Positions 56,260 through 64,000 of a stretch of 64,000 nucleotides of DNA are shown here, piece after piece. The notes under the pieces are model-generated. The model saw only the letters and a list, made by a program, of their open reading frames with translations. It searched no databases and was not told where the DNA came from. The stretch comes from Chitinophaga pinensis (GTDB lineage: Bacteria > Bacteroidota > Bacteroidia > NS11-12g > UBA955): positions 88,174 through 152,173 of the forward strand of contig CAMDUE010000003.1 in assembly GCA_945877575.1 (NCBI GenBank). The letters run 5' to 3'. Within the stretch, counting starts at the first letter, position 1. The number at the start of each line of letters is the position of its first letter. The position numbers and the translations under genes were made by a program.

Positions 56260-57186
56260 ATGAAAAATTTCAATAGGCAACTCGCCATAATTTCTATGCT
56301 GATTTTATCGGCAAATTTGAATGCCCAAATCGGGATTGGAACTACCAGTCCTGCTGCATCGGCTGAATTGGATGTAACTTCCACTACCAAAGGGGTTTTA
56401 ATTCCGAGATTAGCGTTGGGCAGTATAACGTCAGCATCTCCTGTTACGAGTCCCACAACTTCATTATTGGTTTACAATACGGCGACTGCCGGGACATTCC
56501 CCAACAATGTTACCCCAGGATATTACTACTGGAATGGAACCACTTGGCAACGTTTAGAAGATCAAACTAACAATCCCGGTGAATTCCATTGGAATTATGT
56601 GGAAGGAAATCCAACTACCGGTGGTTTGGGAGCAACATTGGTAGGCAATGCATCGTGGCAAACCAGTCATGTACGTCTAACCTCTGCAGGTGGCAGTCTA
56701 ACGGGCAACGTTTATTGGGTTAAAGATATCGATTGGACTGCTCCGCTATATTTCTCAGTACAAACCTGGGCCGGTGGAGGCACCGGTGCGGATGGAATTT
56801 GGTTATTTTTCGGAGCTACCTCCTCTGCTGTGGGTTCCACTGCATTACATTCTACGGCTGCCAGTGGAATTTCGGTTTTTTTGGATGAAATAGGTGACCA
56901 AGTTTCCGTTTACAAAAACGGGACATTGGTAAAATCATTATCCACCGTTACGAACTTAGACAATAGCCAGTGGCAAGTTCATGAGTTCTTCTTTGGTAAA
57001 AATGCGGATGGAACACGCTTTTTGGATGTCAAAACCAATAACGGCGAATATCTAGGCACCGTTGATGTAGGTTCGTTCACTGCAGGTGGAGACTATGTTG
57101 GCGTTGGGGGTTGGACAGGAGCCTCAACAAACGAACACAGAGTGAGACGATTATTGATACAAAGCGCTGTTCACAAACCGCGTTAA
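56260..57186 (+). CDS. secreted VGIGTTTP-domain protein with legume-lectin-like C-terminal domain (tandem paralog)
   Basis: Collinear with 55329..56213; same 'HKPR' C-terminus; 'GADGIW' and 'YVGVGGWTG'. Confidence 0.8.
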   Translation: MKNFNRQLAIISMLILSANLNAQIGIGTTSPAASAELDVTSTTKGVLIPRLALGSITSASPVTSPTTSLLVYNTATAGTFPNNVTPGYYYWNGTTWQRLEDQTNNPGEFHWNYVEGNPTTGGLGATLVGNASWQTSHVRLTSAGGSLTGNVYWVKDIDWTAPLYFSVQTWAGGGTGADGIWLFFGATSSAVGSTALHSTAASGISVFLDEIGDQVSVYKNGTLVKSLSTVTNLDNSQWQVHEFFFGKNADGTRFLDVKTNNGEYLGTVDVGSFTAGGDYVGVGGWTGASTNEHRVRRLLIQSAVHKPR

Positions 57187-57216
57187 TACGAAATAGATAG
57201 CCCCGTTACCAACTGT

Positions 57217-57253
57217 CCTCTGCGTAAGACCCTAATCAGGTCTTACGCAGAGG
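57217..57253. terminator. 15-bp perfect stem-loop between convergent genes
   Basis: CCTCTGCGTAAGACC-ctaatca-GGTCTTACGCAGAGG; there is no clear U-tract, so it may be REP-like. Confidence 0.5.
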
Positions 57254-57268
57254 TTGTGCCCAATACAT

Positions 57269-57752
57269 TTATTCTGATTCAACCCAAATCCCTAATCGTC
57301 TAAACACGTATTGGTGATTCATAAAGTCGAGTACCATAGTTTCAGGGGTTAATTCTTTCAAGTTGAATTTCCCGTTGGAGGAAATACCGCCCATTCCCAT
57401 GATTTTGGTCTTTTTAATGATCAAACTGGTCGTATTGAACAGCCATTCACTTTCGAATCCGTATGCATCGCAATTTTCAATGGGTTGGCATTTAACTAGT
57501 AATCTGCGGGTGGTACTGTCTTTATAGAACACCCAAGGCATTGAGGGTTAAAGGCATGCGCTTTTTAGACTGAGGTCCGTGCTTGAACCTTACTAATTTC
57601 CACGATCCGATAATATCATTTTCGGTAATTTTCTTTTTGGTGGAAGACAGCCTGGCCCTGCCGGTGCTTCTACTGGTATTGGCATGTTGTGAAACAGCTT
57701 CCCCCGAAAGGAAAAACAAGAGGGCTGTAAGTAGTGCAAATTTCAGGTTCAT
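57269..57752 (-). pseudogene. frameshifted secreted lipocalin-like protein (two ORFs)
   Basis: The first ORF has a signal peptide and 'IIGSWKLV'. The second overlapping ORF continues 'W.F....L.I...F.LKELTPETMVL'. Confidence 0.55.
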
Positions 57753-57797
57753 GGGACAAAAATATCGATATTTAACGAATTATATTAAATTGCAAAA

Positions 57798-57896
57798 ATG
57801 AAAAAAGCATTGCAACTGGGTATTTTATTTTTTGGAATGTCGGGCTGTGCAGTAACGATTCCCATTGTAAGTGGACCTAAAATTCGGACTGGATAA
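57798..57896 (+). pseudogene. truncated lipoprotein N-terminus
   Basis: MKKALQLGILFFGMSGCAVTIPIVSGPKIRTG*; it has a lipobox, then stops just before the tRNA copy. Confidence 0.4.
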
Positions 57897-57927
57897 AATT
57901 CGGCAAAAAAATGCTGAGAGGCTTTCG

Positions 57928-58001
57928 TGGGCCCACTTGGAATCGAACCAAGCACCTACTGATTATGAGTCAGTTGCTCTAACCGAATGAGCTATAGGCC
58001 C
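57928..58001 (-). tRNA. tRNA-Ile2 (CAT), copy 2
   Basis: Identical 74-nt sequence to 54682..54755, with its own upstream -7 element TATATTTG. Confidence 0.9.
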
Positions 58002-58125
58002 GCCCTTAAAGGACTGCAAATATAAGGATTTTTCATTTATTTAAACCAACTATCACACCACATTTGCAGTACTTCATCTACTTTTATACTATACTTGTGA
58101 CTGAATCTAACATACCCTAAAGCCT

Positions 58126-58791
58126 ATGAAAATTGGATTGTTGCTTTGCTTGAGCTGGATCAGCGCCTTTTTTCCAACTAATATTTACCAGAATCCACAG
58201 AAAGAAAAAGAGTGGCATAAAAGTCGTGAAGGTGATGGAATCACCGTTTATACCCGATCACAAGAGGGCACTCCCTTCAAAGAAATCAAGGCCATTGTTA
58301 CCATTGAGAGTTCTTTAAATGCAATCGTCGGAGCATTAATTGATTACGACAACTACAAGAACTGGGTATACTCCACTTCAAAGTCCAAATTAGTCAAAAA
58401 AATCAACGAAAAAGAATTCCTGGCCTATCACTACATTGACGCTCCATGGCCTGTAAACGATAGAGATGTAGTCATGTATATTTCCCTAAGTCAAGATGCC
58501 AAAACGCACAAAACCACTGTTTATTCAACATCTCAACACAACTATTTAAAATCGGTAGAAAATGTAGTGCGGGTTAAAAATAATGTAGCGATTTGGGAAC
58601 TTCAGCCTGTAGCCAAAAACAAAATTGAATGTACTTACTACCTTAAATCTGATCCCGGCGGAAGCGTCCCTGCTTGGATTCTCAATATGTTCATAACCGA
58701 AGGGCCTTATGAAAGCATAAAAAAACTTAAAAATATCGAGGTGCAGAAACACAGCAGCTTCAAACACCCCGATATCAAAGAGAAGTTTTAA
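58126..58791 (+). CDS. START/SRPBCC lipid-binding domain protein
   Basis: Signal peptide; 'GITVYTR', 'APWPVNDRD' and 'DPGGSVPAW'. Confidence 0.88.
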   Translation: MKIGLLLCLSWISAFFPTNIYQNPQKEKEWHKSREGDGITVYTRSQEGTPFKEIKAIVTIESSLNAIVGALIDYDNYKNWVYSTSKSKLVKKINEKEFLAYHYIDAPWPVNDRDVVMYISLSQDAKTHKTTVYSTSQHNYLKSVENVVRVKNNVAIWELQPVAKNKIECTYYLKSDPGGSVPAWILNMFITEGPYESIKKLKNIEVQKHSSFKHPDIKEKF

Positions 58792-60926
58792 TCAATCATC
58801 AACCTGCCTAAATATGCTCCTTTGTTTGATTGAATTTTCAAGGAATAAATTCCAGAACTCAAGAATAATTTCAAATCTTTATCTTGAAACTCTCCTAAAA
58901 ACTCGGTATAAATCAGTTGACCAGCAGAGTTAAACACTTGTATTTCTGCATTTTGAACCACATCCGCCAAACGTATTTGGAACTTTCCATTCGAAGGATT
59001 CGGAACGATTTGCATTGAATTATGAGCTAAATCTTTAATTCCTGTGTAAGCAAACACCAGGCAGGTACTGGTATCAGTACAACCATTTTGTTTCACCTCC
59101 ACAGCAAACTTACCGTTGCCCGAAGGAGAATATGAAGACGTTGTCTCTCCATTTATTGGTGCATTGGCTTGGTTGCAATCCAACCATTGGAAACCAGCGC
59201 CGGTGGCTTTGGAATTCAATGTATTCCAATCGCGAGTCACGCCAATTTCCACATTAACAATGGTCACATCAATGCTGTAAATAATACTATCACAGCCCAG
59301 CTTAGATTTAACCGACTCTGAAACCTTGCCTGATGTGTATACCTTTTTACCCAAGGGGGTTACATACAATCCGCAACCTTTTTCGGTCAAATTGACTGTG
59401 GTTGGCTTCAAAATGGTCAAATCGATGTTAATGAAACTATCACATGCCTTATAATTTCCACCAATCAAGGTGTCGCGGTATTTTCCAGAAACATTCCAAG
59501 TATATTCACCGCTTGGGCTTTTATAGTTTCCACAAGATCTTACACTGATATTTCCGGTAGATTTAGTAGACTTCACTTCGTATTCTATGATGCTGTCGCA
59601 GCCCAAATAATTGGAGATGGTATCGTAATAAAGTCCCTCAGATCTATAAATCACATTTTTATCGGTTGGACAAACCACAAATCGGCAAAAATCGAGTCGC
59701 TTTTTTGCAAAACTGCGTTGTTTGATAATTACATCGTGTATCAATATTGAATCGCATCCACCCCAACCTTTAAGTGTGTCATAGTATTTGCCTGATTTAG
59801 TCACTGTTCTGCCTGAAGGTCCCTTCAAAGAAACTGAGTAACACGCCGAATATTTAAAATTGGTTTCTGCCTTAGATGTCACCGTCAAAAAGATGGTAAT
59901 GATGGAATCACATCCCAAATAGTTGGAAGTTCTTTCTTGATATTTGCCCGAAGTATAATAATATGAACCTTTGTTCGTGGGACTTTCAAATGAATCACAA
60001 ACAACGGTCTTAACGTTGTATGAACTGCTCTTTTTGATGGTCACGTCAAAGGTTATAACTGAATCACAACCATTTACGGAAACAATGGTATCAGAATATG
60101 TACCGGTTTTTGAAGCGAACCTTTTTTTCGAGGGAAAGGTGTACTTATCGCAAGCGGTAACCGTAGCTTTACCGTAAACCGTAGAGTCACAAAACGACCT
60201 ACCAATGACAAAATTCGATGTAGAATCATCCAAATAGAAATTATTCAATTTTCCGTCGTTTCCGTTGGGGGTATCGTCGTTTACTGATGAAATACTGGTG
60301 TTCTTTTTGTAAGGAATACCATCTTCATAGCTGAGCTGCAACAACAACCCTTTTTCGGTTGGAGGGAACTTTTTATACATCCCGTCTTGAATCTGTTTTT
60401 TAGACCTAGCATAATCCCAGATACGGGTTTCCTCTACTATTCCGCCGTAACCAGTAGCTGGATCGCCAATCCAAATGGGTGTAGATGTTGAGCTATAAAC
60501 TAAAGCGCTAAATTTTGCTGTTGAAGAATCTTTTAAAACTCCATCTAAATAGATGCGCATAAAATTTCCGTCAAAAGTACCTGCAATGTGGTGCCATTGA
60601 TTTTGATTCAACCCACTAGATATCGTAAAAGATTGAGTATTGCTTCCATCGCTAATATCAAAATGAATGCCTTTACCATTACCCGTTCCGAATCTATAAG
60701 CGTCATCCTGATGCCAAACCACGGGAGCGCAAACATTGCAAGGGGAGCTATTAAAATTGTCGACGTAAATCCACGTTTCAATGGTAATATACTTTGGGCC
60801 ACTCAGTCCAGTATAATTGGATATTTCTACATAATCATCAACTCCATCAAAATGGAGGGCTCTATTTTGGGCATTCAAGTGGCTTGTAGCCCAATAAAAC
60901 ATTAAAAAAAGTAAAGATTTTTTCAT
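58788..60926 (-). CDS. LamG-like jelly-roll protein with Cys-containing 'GCDS' repeats and T9SS CTD
   Basis: 'ALHFDGVDDY', 'WHHIAGTFDG' and 'TRIW'; repeated 'Y.DT....GCDSI'; 'PNPSNGKF...GIY'. Confidence 0.85.
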   Translation of the reverse strand: MKKSLLFLMFYWATSHLNAQNRALHFDGVDDYVEISNYTGLSGPKYITIETWIYVDNFNSSPCNVCAPVVWHQDDAYRFGTGNGKGIHFDISDGSNTQSFTISSGLNQNQWHHIAGTFDGNFMRIYLDGVLKDSSTAKFSALVYSSTSTPIWIGDPATGYGGIVEETRIWDYARSKKQIQDGMYKKFPPTEKGLLLQLSYEDGIPYKKNTSISSVNDDTPNGNDGKLNNFYLDDSTSNFVIGRSFCDSTVYGKATVTACDKYTFPSKKRFASKTGTYSDTIVSVNGCDSVITFDVTIKKSSSYNVKTVVCDSFESPTNKGSYYYTSGKYQERTSNYLGCDSIITIFLTVTSKAETNFKYSACYSVSLKGPSGRTVTKSGKYYDTLKGWGGCDSILIHDVIIKQRSFAKKRLDFCRFVVCPTDKNVIYRSEGLYYDTISNYLGCDSIIEYEVKSTKSTGNISVRSCGNYKSPSGEYTWNVSGKYRDTLIGGNYKACDSFINIDLTILKPTTVNLTEKGCGLYVTPLGKKVYTSGKVSESVKSKLGCDSIIYSIDVTIVNVEIGVTRDWNTLNSKATGAGFQWLDCNQANAPINGETTSSYSPSGNGKFAVEVKQNGCTDTSTCLVFAYTGIKDLAHNSMQIVPNPSNGKFQIRLADVVQNAEIQVFNSAGQLIYTEFLGEFQDKDLKLFLSSGIYSLKIQSNKGAYLGRLMID

Positions 60927-61048
60927 AGAAATTGTTGTTGTATTATCAAATGTTCATTTTTTTAATGAACATTCAAAACAATTTTTAATAAAAAACCTAT
61001 TTTTTTACTAACAAAACCAACGACTTACAAAATCTTTAGTCGAAAAAA

Positions 61049-61678
61049 TTACTTTACTATAAATAACTCTTCTTTTGATTTGCGAACTTTTTTCGCTTTC
61101 GCCAAAAAGTCTTTTTCGCTGTCTCTATATCCCAATGCCAGCATCACCGTTGAAAACAAACCCTGTTTCTCGAGTTGAAGCAATTCATCCATAGCTTTGT
61201 TGTCAAATCCTTCCATGGGAGTAGTATCAACTTCCAAATGAGCGGCAACGGTCATCGCGGTTCCCATAGCGATATAGGTCTGTTTAGCACACCAATTTCG
61301 AAGATCGCTCACTTCCATCTTAGATGTAAATCCCTGTATGCCCATTTTGAATTTCTCCAACTCCGCCAATGCTTGACTGCGGGTGGTTGCAATTCGGTGC
61401 ATATAATGATCAATTTGCTCTTGCTTCAATTCTGAATATGCGGCAAAAACCAACAAATGACTGGCTTCTACCGTCTGAGGTTGTTTACACACCTTCAAAT
61501 GCATCTCAGCTCTTAACTCAGGATTCTCAATCAAAAAAACTTTAAAAGTCTGCAACCCCAACGATGTAGGTGTCAGTCGAATAGACTCCAGAATTTGCTC
61601 CACTTTCTCTTGTTCAACTATTTGGTTGTTATAGTTTTTAACGGCGTATCTCCAATTCAGCGATTCAATCAATGACAT
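61049..61678 (-). CDS. NAD(P)H nitroreductase family (NfsB-like)
   Basis: 'WRYAVK', 'PTSLGLQ', 'KQTYIAMG', 'TPMEGFD' and 'ALGYR'. Confidence 0.92.
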   Translation of the reverse strand: MSLIESLNWRYAVKNYNNQIVEQEKVEQILESIRLTPTSLGLQTFKVFLIENPELRAEMHLKVCKQPQTVEASHLLVFAAYSELKQEQIDHYMHRIATTRSQALAELEKFKMGIQGFTSKMEVSDLRNWCAKQTYIAMGTAMTVAAHLEVDTTPMEGFDNKAMDELLQLEKQGLFSTVMLALGYRDSEKDFLAKAKKVRKSKEELFIVK

Positions 61679-61735
61679 AGTCCAAAATTAACACACCGCC
61701 GACACAAAGGTTTGTGTAATTCTTATATTTGTTCC

Positions 61736-62143
61736 ATGAAATACTTTTTATTGTTTCTGGGGATGTTTTTATCGCTTACTTCTCATGCTCAAACACCCGA
61801 TATCAATGTGGTCGACCTTGACGCTATGACCGGCCCTGATTATGTACAAGCAAGCTACCCCGGAGGAAATGAAAAGTTCTACCAATTCATATCTAAAAAT
61901 ATTCAGTATCCCGCACGCTGCATGGATGAAAATATCCAAGGAGAAGTGCGCATCCAATTCACGGTTAACAAAAACGGCGAACTGAGCAACTTCAAACCCA
62001 TTAAAAAGGTTGATGCCTGTCCAGAATTCACCCACGAAGCCATCCGCATACTTAAAAAATCAAAACGCTGGAATCCCGGCACCAAAAACGGACTTCCAAT
62101 CAACAGTTATTTCGCCATTCCGTTGAAGTTTAATTTACAATAA
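61736..62143 (+). CDS. tonB: TonB C-terminal domain protein
   Basis: 'YPGG', 'IQYP', 'GEVRIQFTV' and 'WNPG'; start placed after the -7 element TATATTTG. Confidence 0.8.
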   Translation: MKYFLLFLGMFLSLTSHAQTPDINVVDLDAMTGPDYVQASYPGGNEKFYQFISKNIQYPARCMDENIQGEVRIQFTVNKNGELSNFKPIKKVDACPEFTHEAIRILKKSKRWNPGTKNGLPINSYFAIPLKFNLQ

Positions 62144-62144
62144 T

Positions 62145-62330
62145 GGTACTAGGTACCGGGTACCGGGTACCGGGTACCGGGTTTCAGGTACCGGGTTTCG
62201 GGTTTCGGGTTTCGGGGTTCGGGGCTCGGGTACCGGTTTACGGGCTGCAGACCACGGACCACGGACCACGGACCACGGACCACGGACTACCGACTACCGA
62301 CTACCAACTACCAACTACCAATTACCGCCT
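62145..62330. repeat. bipartite 7-bp tandem repeat tract
   Basis: (GGTACCG/GGTTTCG)n, then (GACCACG)x5-6, then (GACTACC/AACTACC)n, between convergent genes. Confidence 0.9.
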
Positions 62331-63284
62331 ACCAACATAAACAAGCGCATTCTTTCCCTCGCCTACCGTGTAGTATTTTCGGGAATCGTTTGACCAACAA
62401 ACCGCTTCGCCTTGGGTTTCGATTTTGTAGGGTACAACCTTGGGTTTCTTGCTTAAAGCAGATGTAAGGGGCTCACCGTCGTTGCGGTCCCAAATAAATA
62501 TTTGTCCGTAGTTCTTGATGAGAATCTGGCGTCCATCTGGACTAATATCCCCACCAACCAAACCACTGAAAGGAAGTTGAGCCACCTTTTGCAAAGTGAT
62601 TTTTGACTGTCCCACGGGAACTACGAAAGGATATTCGGCCTTGTAAACACGGGCCTTTGCTTCGCGCTTGGTGACAATGTATAAATGATGGCTCCAGGGG
62701 TCAACCAACAGAGTCTCGGCATCGCGAGGGCCATCGGGATAAACAAACGTTAGTTTTTCGGCAAACGGAACAGAAGTATCCCCAGCGGCTGATGTCAAAA
62801 TAGGTTCGGGGAACCTGTAAATATAAATCTCCGGGTAAACTGCGTTGTTGTCTCCAAAATCAGCCAAATACATGTACTTTTTGCCGTCTATGGGATTGTG
62901 ATCTATGCCCATGTCTTCGCAATCTCGGTTTGAAAAACCAGGCACGGTGATGTGTCTGATGTTTTTTCCTGTAGTATCAAAAACAAAAAATCGATTGAAA
63001 TCTCCGCCGTCATTGTGTCCGTAAAGCCAATCGTTTCGGTAGGTGCAGGCCGCCAAGCCAGAATTTTCTTTGAGGCCCGGATTTTCCAAGGAACCAATCT
63101 GCACAAACGGTCCAAATGAACTATCCAAAACAACATCGCTCACTGAATAATTGAATTCGGTGTACACTTCTTTCCAAGGATCAGGAGTCTGAGGCGGATA
63201 CAGGCCGGGTTTTTGACATCCCCAACAAATAAATCCCGCGAAAAATGCAACAATAGTTTTCAATTGAAGTACCTGCCTCGTCAT
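62322..63284 (-). CDS. lipoprotein, beta-propeller/esterase-like ('E.SGL','HNDGGD','EDM','DAETL' family)
   Basis: Lipobox 'CWGC'; 'KENSGL', 'HNDGGD', 'ADFGDN' and 'QGEAV'. Confidence 0.75.
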   Translation of the reverse strand: MTRQVLQLKTIVAFFAGFICWGCQKPGLYPPQTPDPWKEVYTEFNYSVSDVVLDSSFGPFVQIGSLENPGLKENSGLAACTYRNDWLYGHNDGGDFNRFFVFDTTGKNIRHITVPGFSNRDCEDMGIDHNPIDGKKYMYLADFGDNNAVYPEIYIYRFPEPILTSAAGDTSVPFAEKLTFVYPDGPRDAETLLVDPWSHHLYIVTKREAKARVYKAEYPFVVPVGQSKITLQKVAQLPFSGLVGGDISPDGRQILIKNYGQIFIWDRNDGEPLTSALSKKPKVVPYKIETQGEAVCWSNDSRKYYTVGEGKNALVYVGRR

Positions 63285-63316
63285 ATAATTGTGCAAATTA
63301 TAATTATTTTTGGGAC

Positions 63317-64000
63317 ATGCAATCACTCAAGCCAAAGTGGTACCTATTATTCACTTGCTTATTTTATATCACTGCAATATCTGCGCAAACCATTATCACT
63401 ACCCACGATAAAGTCCTTATCCAAACCGATCCCTCTCGCGGAAGTACAGACTATAGCGGTTGGGGAGTCTTCCCTAAAGATAAGAATTTCCAGAAAATGT
63501 ATTGTGAACTTTCGTTTCAATGTCCAACAGGAATGACCTGCGGAGAATGGGACTACCTGAATTACATTTATTTAGACAACCGCCGCGGCACGTTCAATGA
63601 TTCCTTGGGATGGGAAATCATGCGATTCATCACACCTTACGGACTTACCTTCAACAACCAGTGGAAGCACACTTGGAGATTTGATATCACCGATTTTCAA
63701 TCGCTATTTAGGGACTCCATTCAAATCAAATATAGGCATACCGGTTACGAAGCCCGCAATGGACGAGGATGGATCATCACGGTAAAATTCATCATGCATG
63801 AAGGGCCATCCATTAGAGATGTTATTGGCATCCAAAGAATGATGCAAAAGAGCATTCCCTACGGAAATGACTCCATGTTTGAAGCCCGAAGCGAAGAGTT
63901 TTCATGGATACCATCTGAAGGAACCAAATATTCTCGCTTCAAAATCATCCAAACCGGACATGGAATGGACCAGCCGAGCAATTGTGCGGAGTTTTGTCCC
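63317..64000 (+). CDS. peptide-N-glycosidase F-related secreted protein, runs off window (absent from ORF track)
   Basis: Manual translation: MQSLKPKWYLLF...'CGEWDY'...'EIMRFITPYG'...'DITDF'...'QTGHG...CAEFC'. Confidence 0.85.
   Translation, partial: MQSLKPKWYLLFTCLFYITAISAQTIITTHDKVLIQTDPSRGSTDYSGWGVFPKDKNFQKMYCELSFQCPTGMTCGEWDYLNYIYLDNRRGTFNDSLGWEIMRFITPYGLTFNNQWKHTWRFDITDFQSLFRDSIQIKYRHTGYEARNGRGWIITVKFIMHEGPSIRDVIGIQRMMQKSIPYGNDSMFEARSEEFSWIPSEGTKYSRFKIIQTGHGMDQPSNCAEFCP

Noticed and set aside
45318-57186. Diversity-generating retroelement or shufflon behind the lectin paralogs
   Set aside because: No reverse transcriptase or recombinase is present, and differences are spread at synonymous sites rather than adenine-specific.
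60949-60973. Palindrome AATGTTCATT-N5-AATGAACATT upstream of the LamG gene
   Set aside because: It is a single AT-rich instance, and operator, weak terminator and chance cannot be told apart.
62145-62330. Possible CRISPR array
   Set aside because: The units are 7 bp with no unique spacers, and there are no cas genes.
62143-62340. 65-aa ORF MVLGTGYRVPGTG...
   Set aside because: It is merely the translation of the heptamer repeat tract.

Overview
Bacteroidota (Flavobacteriales/Cryomorphaceae-like) chromosomal DNA, judged from T9SS C-terminal domains, TAnnTTTG -7 promoter elements and near-leaderless starts. Layout: (1) 1-7.2 kb has a maltose phosphorylase/beta-PGM operon and housekeeping genes. 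(2) About 7.3-41.2 kb is a visibly AT-richer block, almost all on the minus strand. It holds a TonB-receptor/T9SS cluster with an apparently catalytically dead PhoX-like protein, a cysQ-cysC-cysD-cysN PAPS module with a divergent Rrf2 regulator, and a Wzc/ABC/Wzy polysaccharide locus with six sulfotransferase-fold genes and an arylsulfotransferase. (3) 42.9-53.1 kb is the best candidate for an undescribed system: a divergent biosynthetic cluster with a class I HMG-CoA-reductase/APH-kinase fusion, a UbiA-like prenyltransferase, a PEP-utilising (RPH/PigC-like) dikinase, a BtaA(DUF3419)-GNAT fusion and an AMP ligase, with a shared palindromic operator-like motif. (4) 53.2-58.0 kb is a decaying hotspot with a VapBC-type TA pair, gene remnants and two identical tRNA-CAT genes bracketing two lectin-like paralogs. 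(5) 58-64 kb has ordinary genes, a heptamer repeat tract and a PNGase F-like gene that runs off the window. No CRISPR array, integrase or transposase was seen. All family assignments come from motif reading by eye, not from database searches.
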